From the NCBI GenBank assembly GCA_951406725.2, contig OX597822.1, forward strand, positions 36,456,001 through 36,520,000: 64,000 nt of DNA, given 5' to 3'. The DNA is from Octopus vulgaris. Its lineage: Eukaryota. Under the pieces are notes generated by a model, which saw nothing but the letters and a program-made list of their open reading frames with translations, searched no databases and was not told the origin of the DNA. Positions 26,185 through 38,369 of the stretch are shown here, one piece after another; position 1 is the first letter of the stretch; the number at the start of each line of letters is the position of its first letter. The translations under genes were made by a program, and so were the position numbers.

Positions 26185-26478
26185 ACTCCTTTAAAGAATT
26201 TTACTTGAACAAGTTGAACCCAGTATTTATTTTTTTAAAAGTCTGTTACTTATTCTACCAATTCTCTTTTGCCAAACCGCTAAGTTACAGGTATGTAAGC
26301 ACATCAACTGCTTGACAACTAGTATATATGACAGGCTTCTTTCAGTTTCTGTCAACCAAATCCACTCACAAGGCTTTGGTTAGGCTAACGCTATAGTCTA
26401 CAATAGACATTTGCCCAAGGTGCCATGCAGTAGGACTGAACCCAGAACCATGTGATTAGGAAACAAACTTCTTACCAA
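26185..26478 (-). mobile_element. Family-A SINE
   Basis: Reverse-complement similarity to the 10442 copy. Confidence 0.8.
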
Positions 26479-26961
26479 GCAAAACAATTCTTAGCAGTTG
26501 AAAACAGTATTTCCTATCCTAACTATAATTTATTTGGGTCCTAAGAAATAGTGAATCGGAGATCAGTGGATGTCTAACAGAATTCTAACTGCATGATTTA
26601 CATGAAATAATTAGCTGCCAATTTAAACACACGCTTCAAGATATTTATCTTTGAAAGTAAACACGTTGCTTAACTGCCCTGTAGATATCACAAACAGATT
26701 GTTGCAGCAAATAAGTTGCTATGAACTAGGCCTTTGCTCTATTTCTAACTATCTGTAACCAACACCAAAATATAATTTTTTCTTCCTTAATTTTGATTTT
26801 GAAGCTTTAGTCTGCTCTTCTCGGGTGGACTTATAGCACAAAAATAGCTAATTGATGAATTGTATAATTTGCATTTTGTAGGTATGACCATCTAATCAAG
26901 TTCTAAGATCTAAGACTTAAAACATAGATTCCCTTTAATGATAATGATTTGGCTACTACAC

Positions 26962-27210
26962 GGGTGGCCAGGTGGTTAAGATATTGCACTCACAATTGCA
27001 AGATCACAGTTTTTTGATTCTTGGACTGGATGTTGCATTGTGTTCTTGAGCAAATCACTTCATTTCATACTGCTCCAGTCCACTCAGCTGTAAATAAGTA
27101 ACACCGTGACAGACTGGCATCTCATTCAGGGAGATATGTTGCCATTTCGGACACATGTATGCTATGGAAACCAGGTAACTGGTCCTATGAGTCCTGGGAT
27201 TTGAGACAGT
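26962..27210 (+). mobile_element. tRNA-derived CORE-type SINE (family C)
   Basis: TTCTTGAGCAAATCACTT...GCTCCAGTCCACTCAGCTGTAAAT core shared with 44160. Confidence 0.65.
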
Positions 27211-28011
27211 AACATCCATGGTTTGATGATAATGATAATGATGATATTACATGGAACAAATTGAGACCTACGCACAATTTATCTTGTTAATTCATGTAGG
27301 AGATTAATCTCCTTGGCAACAGCGGAAACATGTAATCAAACAGATCAAGTGACAATAAAAAGAACAAATGTGCTCAGAGAAAACAAAAATCTAAGAAGTT
27401 ACTTGCAAGGAAAACCCCATTTCTACTTCTGCTGTCTGTTATGATTCTATTAATTATATATTAAAAAAAAAAATCATTAAGAACAATGTTTCCATATAAA
27501 CATTTTTAATAGGTTTACATTTGCTTTCCTGTATCAGTATGAATTAGATAGCTCTTCAAACATGACTTATAATATGAATAACAATGTTGAAGTTAAACAA
27601 ACTGGAAGCTGGAAATTATTTAACTTAATTTGCTGCCATGAATGAAGAATCTGAATTATTCTAACTTTTAAACAGTGTTGTATGTTTATCAGTGTAGAGC
27701 ATATAAAGGGTGAATACACATTAAGGTCTTACTGATGCAAAGATTCTAGTTCTTGTAGGGTTTATATATGACTACAGAATTATAGGGCTTATAGATGACT
27801 ACAGAATTAATCTGGAAGTATCAAAATGAAAAGAAAAGTAAACAAGATAAACTATGAAGTAGAATATTTCCTCCTAGGTGGGAAATAAATTTTGAATATG
27901 GTTCAGTTCACATTCTTCCCAGTTTCTCTAGTATATATATATATCCCTCCTTGGATGGGAAACCAGTCCATCACAGGATAATTTTGAATATACTACATAT
28001 GTTATTGTGTT

Positions 28012-28199
28012 ACTCTTTTACTTGTTTCAGTCATTTGACTGTGGCTATGCTGGAGCACTGCCTTTAATCGAGCAAATCAACCCCAGGACTTATTCTTTGT
28101 AAGCCTAATACTTATTCTATCAGTCTCTTTTGCCGAAGCACAAAGTTACAGGGACGTAAATACACCAACATCGGTTGTCAAGTGATGTTGGGGGGACAA

Positions 28200-28236
<37 letters not shown>

Positions 28237-28411
28237 CACACACATATACATATATACGACAGGCTTCTTTCAGTTTCCGTCTACCAAATCCACTCACAAG
28301 GCTTTGGTCGGCCCGAGGCTATAGTTGAAGACACTTGCCCAAGGTGCCACGCAGTGGAACTGAACCCAGAACCATGTGTTTCGTAAGCAAGCTACTTACC
28401 ACACAACTAAT
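28012..28411 (-). mobile_element. Family-A SINE, young
   Basis: Near-perfect reverse complement of 10442-10829. Confidence 0.9.
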
Positions 28412-28541
28412 CCTACACCTATTATTAAAAAATAGGTAGTGTCATATTTTGCTTGAGAATGCTTTGAAATGCTCTGTAGTTAAAGCATAGAAAAATAAAT
28501 TTTCTAAATTTATCAAATACTTTAGAAAAACAAATGAATAC

Positions 28542-28994
28542 CTGAAAGCTGTTATTGATATCAATCACAGTTTTTTCCATTGGTAAAGCAGCAGGCGTTG
28601 TAGCTATGATTTCATCTGGTGCAGTTTCATGGACACCATCAGGTGACTGAACTGATTCAGAAAGTTCACTTTCATTATTTAAGTCTTTGATCTTCCTATC
28701 ACTTTGAATTCTGTTTTCCTCTGCACTAGTTTCGCTTGTTACTGATGCATTGGTTGGAGAAGTAGTAGTTGTGGCTGTTATTGTTGATGATGAAGATGAT
28801 GATGCTGATACTGGTGTCCCTATAGAAACTGGTGCAGATGAAGTATTCCCATTCTTTAGGCATTCATTGCTCTGCCGTGTGATCTGTGGATGCATTGAAG
28901 CATGTTGAGAGTTCATTTTATCATGTTTCCGCTTGGGTGAACGTTTCTTTTTGCCCATCCGTGATGGTTCAACACTGCCAGTCCTCATCTTTAG
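28542..28994 (-). CDS. GBF1: GBF1 exon, S/T-rich disordered DCB-HUS linker
   Basis: ttgcag|...|gtattc, 453 nt, phase 0->0; starts LKMRTG..KKKRSPK (human LKMRAGG..KKQKRSPR); the 3' end is set by the donor site only. Confidence 0.88.
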
Positions 28995-29114
28995 CTGCAA
29001 GGGGATAAAAAAAAAAAAACTGCATAAAGACTAGATACAAGAAAATAATGAGATTATATGAATTTCTAAAACTGGTACAAGGGCCACAGACCTGTTATGG
29101 GGACACTATAATCA

Positions 29115-29480
29115 ATTAACCACCACAAGACTCAGTCCTAGTGGCAGTGTGGTGGCTTGTGTGCTTCAATGAGCCTAAGAGCTATACTAGTGGAGAGAGA
29201 GAGTTCCTGGTAAAGCTTCCTAAACTGGATAGGATAAGGGATAGAGGCCAGAATGATATGGATGAACTTTCGTCAGAGTAAAAATGGGTTTGCACAGAGC
29301 TGACATCTCTACCTAGAAACAGCAAAGCAAAGTTACAGAAGCATCAATAATAATTCAAAGCCAACAAACCTGGGAAAAGGAAGGCCTTCCCTCAGATAAA
29401 CATATAACATGGTGCAGCAAAATCCAAAAGGAAACTAATATCTTGCATTACATATCAGGCCTTCCACCTGGAGTTCACAA
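29115..29480 (+). mobile_element. Degenerate RTE-clade LINE 5' UTR
   Basis: GTGGTGGCTTGTGTGCTTCAATGAGCCTAAGAGCTATAC and GGGATAGAGGCCAGA resemble RTE 5' leaders as recalled. Confidence 0.45.
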
Positions 29481-30143
29481 GGGGGATACCCTAGAAATAG
29501 CTGGAGGTGCAATATTGAGGCAGAGCTGAGAAAGCAGGGATTTAACTGAGAGAAGTAGAAAAGACAGCTTAGAGTCAAGAACAAACAGAAATGATGGGGA
29601 TGAGATATCTGAATGGGTCCAGAGAGCAGAAGCAAAAGATCAGGAAAGGTGGCTGGGTAGAGGTGGCAAGATTGTATGGGGAAAGTGAGGGATGGCAAGA
29701 GATAATGGTAGGGGTGTGAATGTACTGATGATAAACAATGGTCTATACTAACAAAAATTATATCTCCTTGTCCCTTTCTATGGAACCACATATCACCAGT
29801 TTTCATTCCGCTTGTCTTCAAAAGTGTTGAATTACTTGATAATTTGTAGATAGAGAAATGTCAACAAACATCACCAAGTATAGCTTAACACTTTTTTTTA
29901 TAAAAGAAGTGTAGAATGTAAACATTCAGGCAGACACGTGCACATACACACTTACACACACACAATAAGCTTTTTCTCTCTATCAAGCTCACTGATGAGA
30001 TGTTGGTTGCCTCATGGTGAGAGTAAGAGACAACTGGACTGAACCCAAAACCTTATGGTTGAGAAGCAAATTCCTTAGCCACACAACTTATATGGTCTTA
30101 GCTAGCTTAGAAAAGATGATTTGATCACAAAATAAGATGTTAC

Positions 30144-30253
30144 CTTCTTCATACTTGCATTCCATTTTGGATCTTCCTTGAACTGAGGTAGCCGAGTGAA
30201 CAGAAGTTGTACCATATCCATAAGGGTGTGCTCAGCAGACTTCCTTAATAACT
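30144..30253 (-). CDS. GBF1: GBF1 exon, end of DCB domain
   Basis: tag|...|gtaac, 110 nt, phase 1->0; ELLRKSAEHTLMDMVQLLFTRLPQFKEDPKWNASMKK. Confidence 0.95.
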
Positions 30254-30445
30254 CTAAAATAAAATAAAATAACAATTAAAAACATACTTTCCATATGAAA
30301 TCAATTTCCAAAGAATATTACTTCATTATTGATTATATGTCTTCTGCATGCAGTTTCTGGCTTGGACAAAATGAAGAAATTTTGGTACTCTCCCTATCTA
30401 TCTCAACTCTAATGTTAACAATACCATCTCTGTTATTTCTGTCTG

Positions 30446-30703
30446 TAAAGGATCACCAAGTATAGATTGGCCTATTTCGGTCATATTATGCGGGGAAAAT
30501 CCCTGGAGAAGGACATCATGCTCAGAATGGTCAGTGGCAAGAGAGGAAGAGGCCGACCAAGAACCTGCTGGCTTGACACCATCAAGAGTGATACCGGATT
30601 GGACATAGCCAATCTGAAAGAAGTGGCCAGGACAGAACTGACTGGAGGGCACTGATCCAACGAGTAACCGAGAGTCGACTTTGACAGAGCGGATAGATAG
30701 ATA
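30446..30703 (+). mobile_element. RTE/BovB-type LINE 3' end, 5'-truncated
   Basis: AYFGHIMRGKSLEKDIMLRMVSGKRGRGRPRTCWLDTIK, then GAGAGTCGACTTTGAC stem and (GATA)n tail. Confidence 0.9.
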
Positions 30704-30967
30704 GAATTATCAGTGGAACAGTGTTAATATTCTCAGTCTTAGCAATACTGTTCGTATTCTCTTTTGGTTTCTTATTATTACTACTACTACTACTACGCAA
30801 CAATACTCTGTGTTACTTTGTTAATAACATTAGCATTACCACTATTCACAGTAGTACATTCTGTAACTTCCACTACAGCATTTTTAATATTTACATCTCC
30901 AGGAGTAGTTTCTTCAACTCCTGAAACAAGAAGGCTAATGTCACCATCAAGAGGAGTACTGTCTGTT

Positions 30968-31000
<33 letters not shown>

Positions 31001-31539
31001 AACTTCTGATGTAACACTGTGATATCATTTCTGTCCACCTCCTACATACATAATATAAAACTTGAAGATAAAAACGTCAATAACCACATATTGAACTGTG
31101 TGTAAGCAAACTGAACTGAAAAATGGAGCATTTGATTCAATACATAAAATACGAATGCAAATTAAGTAACTAGATAACAACTACACACAATGAACTCAAT
31201 CACAATTGTGATCATAAAAGGTTAAATCTACTTCATTATTTAACATCTATTTTCAATGCTGACATGGGTTGGATGGTTTGACAGGATCTGGCAAGATGCA
31301 GGGCTGTGCTGAGTTCCAATGACAGCTTTGACATGGATTCTACGTATAAGGCCAAAAATTTGAGTGAAAATGTTAGTCGTTTAGACTGATCCAGTTCTTG
31401 ACTGATACTATATTTTATCAACCCAGGAGAGAGGAAAAGCAAAACTGACTTCAGTGGGATTTGAACTCACAGCCAATCCACCACCTGTTTTTTTCAGAAT
31501 GAAGTAACAAAGATAAAAATTAAAAGCTGAGTTGTTTAA

Positions 31540-31759
31540 CCCTTTCGTTACCAACCCAGCTGAAACCAGCTCTGGCTCTGTAGTAAAATGTCATGTTTTC
31601 ATAAGTTTTGAATTAAAATCTTCCACCAAACCTTAGTCACAATTTATGTTCCTAACACTAGCTTAATGATAACTAAGTTATTTTACTAAATTCTTTGTTA
31701 TATTTAAAATAATTGAAAGAAACACAGAGCATCTCAAAATAAATACAGTAACAAAAGGG
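31540..31759 (+). mobile_element. piggyBac-type MITE, 220 bp
   Basis: TTAA on both sides; TIR CCCTTTCGTTAC / GTAACAAAAGGG (11/12); decayed relatives at about 36130-36315 (-) and 37165-37370 (+). Confidence 0.88.
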
Positions 31760-32927
31760 TTAATTTATGGTACTATGTAAAAATATATCACAAATTGAGT
31801 CAAAGAGGGAGTCTCTATGCAGTTTCTTGACTTTCCAGAAATAGCATCCAAATGTCCGTCAACTCCCTCCTTTTGCCATTCTGAAGTCTCAAACAAAAAA
31901 TACACATTGAATAAAATATCTGGAAACGGTGATGCTCATTTATAAAATATCTTTGATAATAGATTAACATGAGGGCTGATCTGTGACTAAACAACAATTT
32001 ATTACAAAGATATAGTTGCAATAACAGTAAGCAAATATACTAATCTGTAAAAAAAAAATCTATATTAGCATGAGGGATGGAAAAAATTGTAAAAATGCTA
32101 ATAAAGGGGAAAAGGGTGATGATGGCATAAAACTGTAAACATGAAACTATTATCATCCCATGAATTAAATTTGTTGATGACTGACAAGTATATATTTTAT
32201 GATGAATCAGTCCAGTTGTTAAAGAACCACTTAAAGCTTATAAATCTATTATTCATGTGTGACATGAATAACAATAAAGGAGGGGGTGTTCAGGAGAGTG
32301 CTTTCTCCATTGCCTTTGTCAAGGCTATAAGAGGATTATCAAGTCAGTAATGTAAGCCAATGAAACAAACACTACTTATATAATACTCAAATAGGTTAGA
32401 AACAAATGTTTGTTTCAAAACAACAATTTACACCAGCGGTGTATTAGCAGAATCGGACATAATTCCTTACAGTTTTCATTCCAGCTCTTTACACTCCAAG
32501 TTCAAAACCTATTGAAGCCAACTTTGCCTTCCATACTTATGGTGCTCATGAATAAAGAATCCAGTACCAAGGTTAATTCTTCTATGAATTCCACCTCTAA
32601 TTCAAAAGAGGTCCGACCTTGCTACATTATGTCCGCTAAGCTGATCTAAGAATTGTGCTAAAAGTATGCATGTCTGTAGAAAACTCAGCAGCTCATGAGT
32701 TAATTTCATGAATAAGAATTTAGTTGTTTCAACAACTGCATGTTCACTGTTGAGTCCAGCAGAGAAACCATCATTCATATACAGTGACGAAGCAAGTATT
32801 AAAAGCCTTGCTATATAAAAGCAGTGAATGGTCAATGACAAGGTACAAACTATTGATTCTCCCACTAGAATGTCAACATCATAAGTATGATGGACTAAAA
32901 ATAAACCATACTAAAAGTAAACCATAA

Positions 32928-33050
32928 AGCTCCCATGACCTTTGGAAATATGTTTTCACACTCAGAGTTGCTGAAGCAGAGAAGAAGCTACCTGCATCAG
33001 TTGTTAGTTGCTGAGACATTGCAACCTTTAAAACCTCAATGCTTCCTGAT
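32928..33050 (+). mobile_element. CR1-type LINE 3' fragment
   Basis: Matches 56780-56900. Confidence 0.75.
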
Positions 33051-33093
33051 GTGTCAGGTGTCTTTGGAATCCCACAATATACATGTATGTGTG

Positions 33094-33130
<37 letters not shown>

Positions 33131-36100
33131 CACATATACATATGTATATACATGTGTGTGTGTATGTGTCTATATATGATGGGTTTCCACATAGTTTGTC
33201 TACTAAATTCACTCAAAAGGTATTGGTCATTGGTCAACCCAGGGTTATAGAAGACACTACCAAGTTCCATGCAGTAGGACTGAACCTGAAACCATATGGC
33301 TGCAAAGTGAGTTTCTTAACCACACAGCTATACATGCTCCTATGTAGATTTTAAATAAGAGTGCCAAGAATAATAATTTACAAGGCATTTCCAGAAGGTT
33401 TACCTCTTACAAAACTTATATCCTACTGAGGACAAGCTTTGTTCCTCATCAGGTTAATGCTTTAGAAACCAGAGATAACAACCACACCTATTATTCCTTT
33501 CAAAAAAATTTTCAACTTTTAAGTGTAATATGTATTTTCACAGGATACAAACTATTAACCTTTCTGGTTGAAGGGTTAATTGTTTGTATCCTGTCACTGA
33601 CTGTGCACTGATTCTATATGGCAAAGCATATAATACTTGCTTCTCTACAGTGTATGAGTGATGGGTTCTCTGTCAGAATCAACAGTGAACATGCAATTGT
33701 TGAAACAACTGAACAGTTATAATGCTATGCTGTATTACAGAAAAAAAATCTGTAGATTTTAACCAGCTCTATATATAACAGACAGATGTAAACAGGTTGT
33801 CCTTAAATACAGTTTTCTTGTGGACAGAAAAAGAACCAACTGGACTAGTTTCAAACCTGTACTGAAATTTCATCAGAGACTTAGTTACACTCTTTAACTG
33901 TTCACTAAGACACTGTTTATAAACCTATTATTTCTTACAGTTTAACTAATCTAGACTAACTGATTTGTAAATTGATACTTTCTTAGCAACTAGTCTAATC
34001 AATAAATTACTTATGTGCTAATGGCATATATCTATAGATTTTAGTCAACATTTGACACTGACTTCATGTACAATGTCTTTGTGGACAGAAAAAGTAGGAT
34101 CAACCAAACTAATTTCAGTCAGTAATTGTTGAGAATGTACTTTAATATGCATACCACTCAACTTGATTTATTCAAGCCTTTAGCAAAATTGGGTTTATAG
34201 ATGGTGTCTTTGTGATCGGTTAAAAGAGATACTCACTTGCTGTTGAAATGCTAGCAAAGGAGTGGAGGTAGTCCAGCTTATTCCTCTTCTTTTCACAAAG
34301 ATATTGTATATACAAAACTAGTTATGAACATTTTTGTACTACATACAGTGTTGGCTAAAATCAATGGATACACTCTGCTGTACAGAATGGCATTGAAACA
34401 AAACACAGTTAACACACAAGTAATTTACAAATAGTTACAACTACAGGCACAGACACCACTGTGTGGTTGAGAAGTTTGCTTCCCAACCACAAAGTTTTGG
34501 ATTCAATCTATGTAGTACCTTGCTTAAGTGTCTTCAACAATAGCCCCAAGCTCAACAAAGCCTTGTGAGTGAATCTGTGCACATGTGTGTGTGTGTGTGT
34601 GTGTTAGTGTCATGTGACGGTTGTAAATGAGTATCGGTCATACAAGTGGTGCCTTCAGTTTCCAGTCTTCTGTGAAAACATGTCGGGTCAAGGGGAAATA
34701 TTACCTTACTTGGAAACAGGTGAGGGTTGGCAACAGGGAGGGCATTCAGCCACAAAGTCTGCCTCTATGAATTCGGTTCAACCCAAGTGAGCATGGAAAG
34801 TGGATGTTAAAATGATTATGATGATAATGATTACACAACTTATTAGGTAACAGTCATTGATTAAAAAAAAAATTAATTAGAAAAAAGTACTTGTCTATTG
34901 ATTATGAAGAGTTAGTATGGAGATAGTATGGCTTCTACAATTAGTGTTTCAAACTTTTTAGTGACATTTTCAAGTTTGCTGTTGATTGAAATCTTTGAAA
35001 GACTGACAAAGGTCATTATCATAAAATCATTTGACAAAGATTAACAAATAAAAAATAATAAATAAAAGTAAAAATATACATATATAAAGAGCTAATCTTG
35101 AGGTGTAGCTAGAAGTTACATGTAAATACTGATAATTTATCTTTTTTAGAGAATCAATGACAGCATTGTTGTTTATGGATTTTGTTTTTCTTTTCAGAAT
35201 TTCAGTGATTTTACATTCTATTCAGAGAAATGCACACCAGAAACTAGATATAAAACAAGATGTTTTCATCTAGCAAATGATTTGTTCTGAGACAATGTTT
35301 GTTGAAACTGAAGCAATTACATTGTGGAAAAGCAATTCTAGACATCAATATAATAAAACCAACAAAAAACTTGCTAGAAATAGAAACCAAATGTCCATCA
35401 ATTATACTGTCTTTAAAAAAGAAGCACATTAGACAATGTAGTCCTAGATATATAAAAAGATGGAGTGGTCTTAATGGAATGGTTTTGATCATAGGTCAGC
35501 TAAGTTAGAGCTGACCTGGGGCTAAACAACAGCAATTTATTTCTCCACCCAAATTTGTAAACACAAAATATAAAAGTTTCCAAAGTTTTAAGGGTTAATG
35601 CACAGATCTGTCTCATTCTTCCTTTCTGTTTTTTTTTTCCCTTACTTTAATGATGTTAAGTAGATGATAGGTATCTTTTCTGCATAGGACACTAAATTAA
35701 AATGGGTAACATTCTCCAAATGATCTGTTACCTATTTCCAACAACTAAATGTCGTGTAGAGGCCTCAGTCAGTTACTGTTGACCATGCTTCTGCACATGA
35801 AGGTGCAGGATGAGGTTATGTTTTTTGAGGAAGACTGGTAGTTGTCTATCCATGCATTCAAGTCTCTACTCTAAATGCCACCATGGTTTATCCACATGAA
35901 AGGTCAGCATAAAGAGCCAGGATATCTCACCTGACATTTTAACAGTAGCACCGATTCATCATTCTAGACTGGTACTTTTTTATTGACCCCCCCCCCAAAT
36001 ATGAAAAGCAAAGTTGACCTCAATGGAATTTGAACTTAAAAATGCAGAGTTGAGACAAATACTGCAAGGCATTCTATCCAACACTACAATAATTGCCAAT

Positions 36101-38260
36101 TCACCATCTTAAATCCTTTCATTAACATAATTCTTTTGAAATAGACTGTCTTTGTTTCAATTCATTTTGAAAATAGTGAGGCATCTAGTAAAATAACTTT
36201 CTTATAATTAAGTTAACATGAAATTACGATGACAAGTTTCAATTTAGCTCAGCTTAAAACAGAGATCTGTCTCATAGAACAAGGGTTGGTCTCAGGTTGG
36301 GATCAAATAGGTTAAATGTACTGAGAAGGAATAAATACTATATATTTTGAGAGGAAAAATTATCACTATAAGATTAGTGTCTTATAGAGAGAAAGCTTTG
36401 TTTCCCAATTGTTTAGGAAACTACTAAAATATATAATAAAATATCTTGAGAGGGTTTAAATTCAAGCACTATGAGCTAGTAATCCAATATCTTATTCACT
36501 CAAGCCATTACATACATAGGCATTTGCTAGAAATATGTAAGTTTCTGCTATTTTTGCCACCAACTTAAAGCAAACAAAACACTGCAACTTGCAGAATATA
36601 TTTTGTACATAATAATTCTGGCAACATTTTGGTGACTGTCTGCCTACTTTTAATTATATAACACTTATTGTTGATAATTGTTAACACTTCAAATGTTACA
36701 CTCTTAAGAAAGTAGTTTTTAATTTAAAGGACAAGTGAAAATAACAAACTGAATGCTTGGACAAACTCTAAGGATTCTTCATGCAGGAACATTACTGCAT
36801 GCAAACACATATCTGCCATGGGAACGTGCAAGACAAGGAGTGGTTGAGAGGTGAGTATAATGAAGAACAAGTGCTGAGTGGATGATAAGTAGGGGAGATA
36901 GGGAAGAACAGACAACATGTGTTTATTATATTGGACAGGGTTAAGGAGTGAATGTAGTCAATGGTGGCTAAGGGGTCGGAGGTGACCGATGATGGATGCA
37001 TGGAGTGAAAAGTGACTAAATAGTAATGATGGTAAAGTAATGATACAATAATGATACAGGCACAGTGTATGCAGGGATTGAGAGGGGTATAGGGGTGGAG
37101 AAATTTTTGGTGTGCTCAAAAGAACAAAACAGTTGTTAAAAGTTAATAATTTATACTGAAAAGTGTTTTTGACTCTTCTGATAACCAACCCACCTGAGAC
37201 TGCTCTTTGCTCTATGAAACATACTTACTGTTTTTAAGTAATCTAAATTAAAACCATTCATCAAAATTTCAAGGTGACTTATATCCTAGCTTAGTAATGG
37301 CAAAAATATTTTACTAAATTCTTCATTATTTTCAAAATAACTAAAACAAAGACAGAAATATGGTATCATAAGGAAGGTGAATGAAGTATACTCTTTCCTT
37401 CTTGGTTACACTCCTTGAAATGCCACTTCATGCCCTAGGTTGGAAATCTTTTCCTTTATTGTATTTGAAAGACATTCATTTAACAATTTAATGATGATTT
37501 AGCTAAAAGTAATATAAAATTTAATAAAGATGTTGACGTTGCCACAGATAGGAACTAATGGTAAAAGTAGATTGGCCAATGATGTGAGCAGATATCTCTT
37601 AAGTTGGCAATTACTCTAAATGGAAAAGGAAGAGACTGTCAAAGAAGATGACACTCAGTTTCTTGGAGACGTCCTGAAAATGAAGGGAATATGAACATTC
37701 TACCTCATCACTGTACCACTGTTTGTGTTCTTGAACATTAAGACACAGACCAGCATTTCATTACCTCATGACACTACTTGAAGATAGCTGTGAGATTTAT
37801 TTGTTTGTGTAGATCATAAGCAACACCCCTGCTACTCAAGCAGTATCAATGAAAAGACCTGCAAACACACTTAAACACACTCACACATACATGTATATAC
37901 ATTCACATCCACATATATGTACACACACATACTTGATGACAGAAATAAACCAAGAACAATGAGGAGACCAAATATACAACTGGCTACTAACTGAGTCACA
38001 GACATCAAGGTGCAGAGCTTTGCAAAGGACATGCATTTCACAAATTAACAAGGAGCAAGTCAAATGAAATATTAGACTGCATGAAGCTATTAACTCTGTC
38101 GTGAATATGGACCAATGGTAAAAGTAGAATTGGCTTGTGATGAGTTTACAACATATATAATATTGTGGACTACCACTAATAGAAATGGAAAAGGGGAGAA
38201 AAAGAAAAATGATAATGATGATTTGCAATAGATAGTTATAAACTATGCATATTTTCTTAC

Positions 38261-38369
38261 CACTCAATCTCATCTCAAAACAGATTCTGAAGCAAGACTG
38301 CATGATTTCACAGACAGATTCATTTGTAAGTAGCACTCCAGCTGGAGACAGCAGCAACGTTCGAAGTAC
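38261..38369 (-). CDS. GBF1: GBF1 exon, DCB domain
   Basis: tag|...|gtaag, 109 nt, phase 0->1; [36 protein letters not shown]. Confidence 0.96.

Noticed and set aside
31765-31883. Acceptor-like site (tttgtttgagacttcag) followed by a short open frame
   Set aside because: No convincing phase-compatible donor, and inclusion would interrupt the conserved DCB sequence RLS-ELLRK.
33424-33452. CTGATGAG on the minus strand within a small hairpin
   Set aside because: No GAAA box follows the stem, so it is not a hammerhead.
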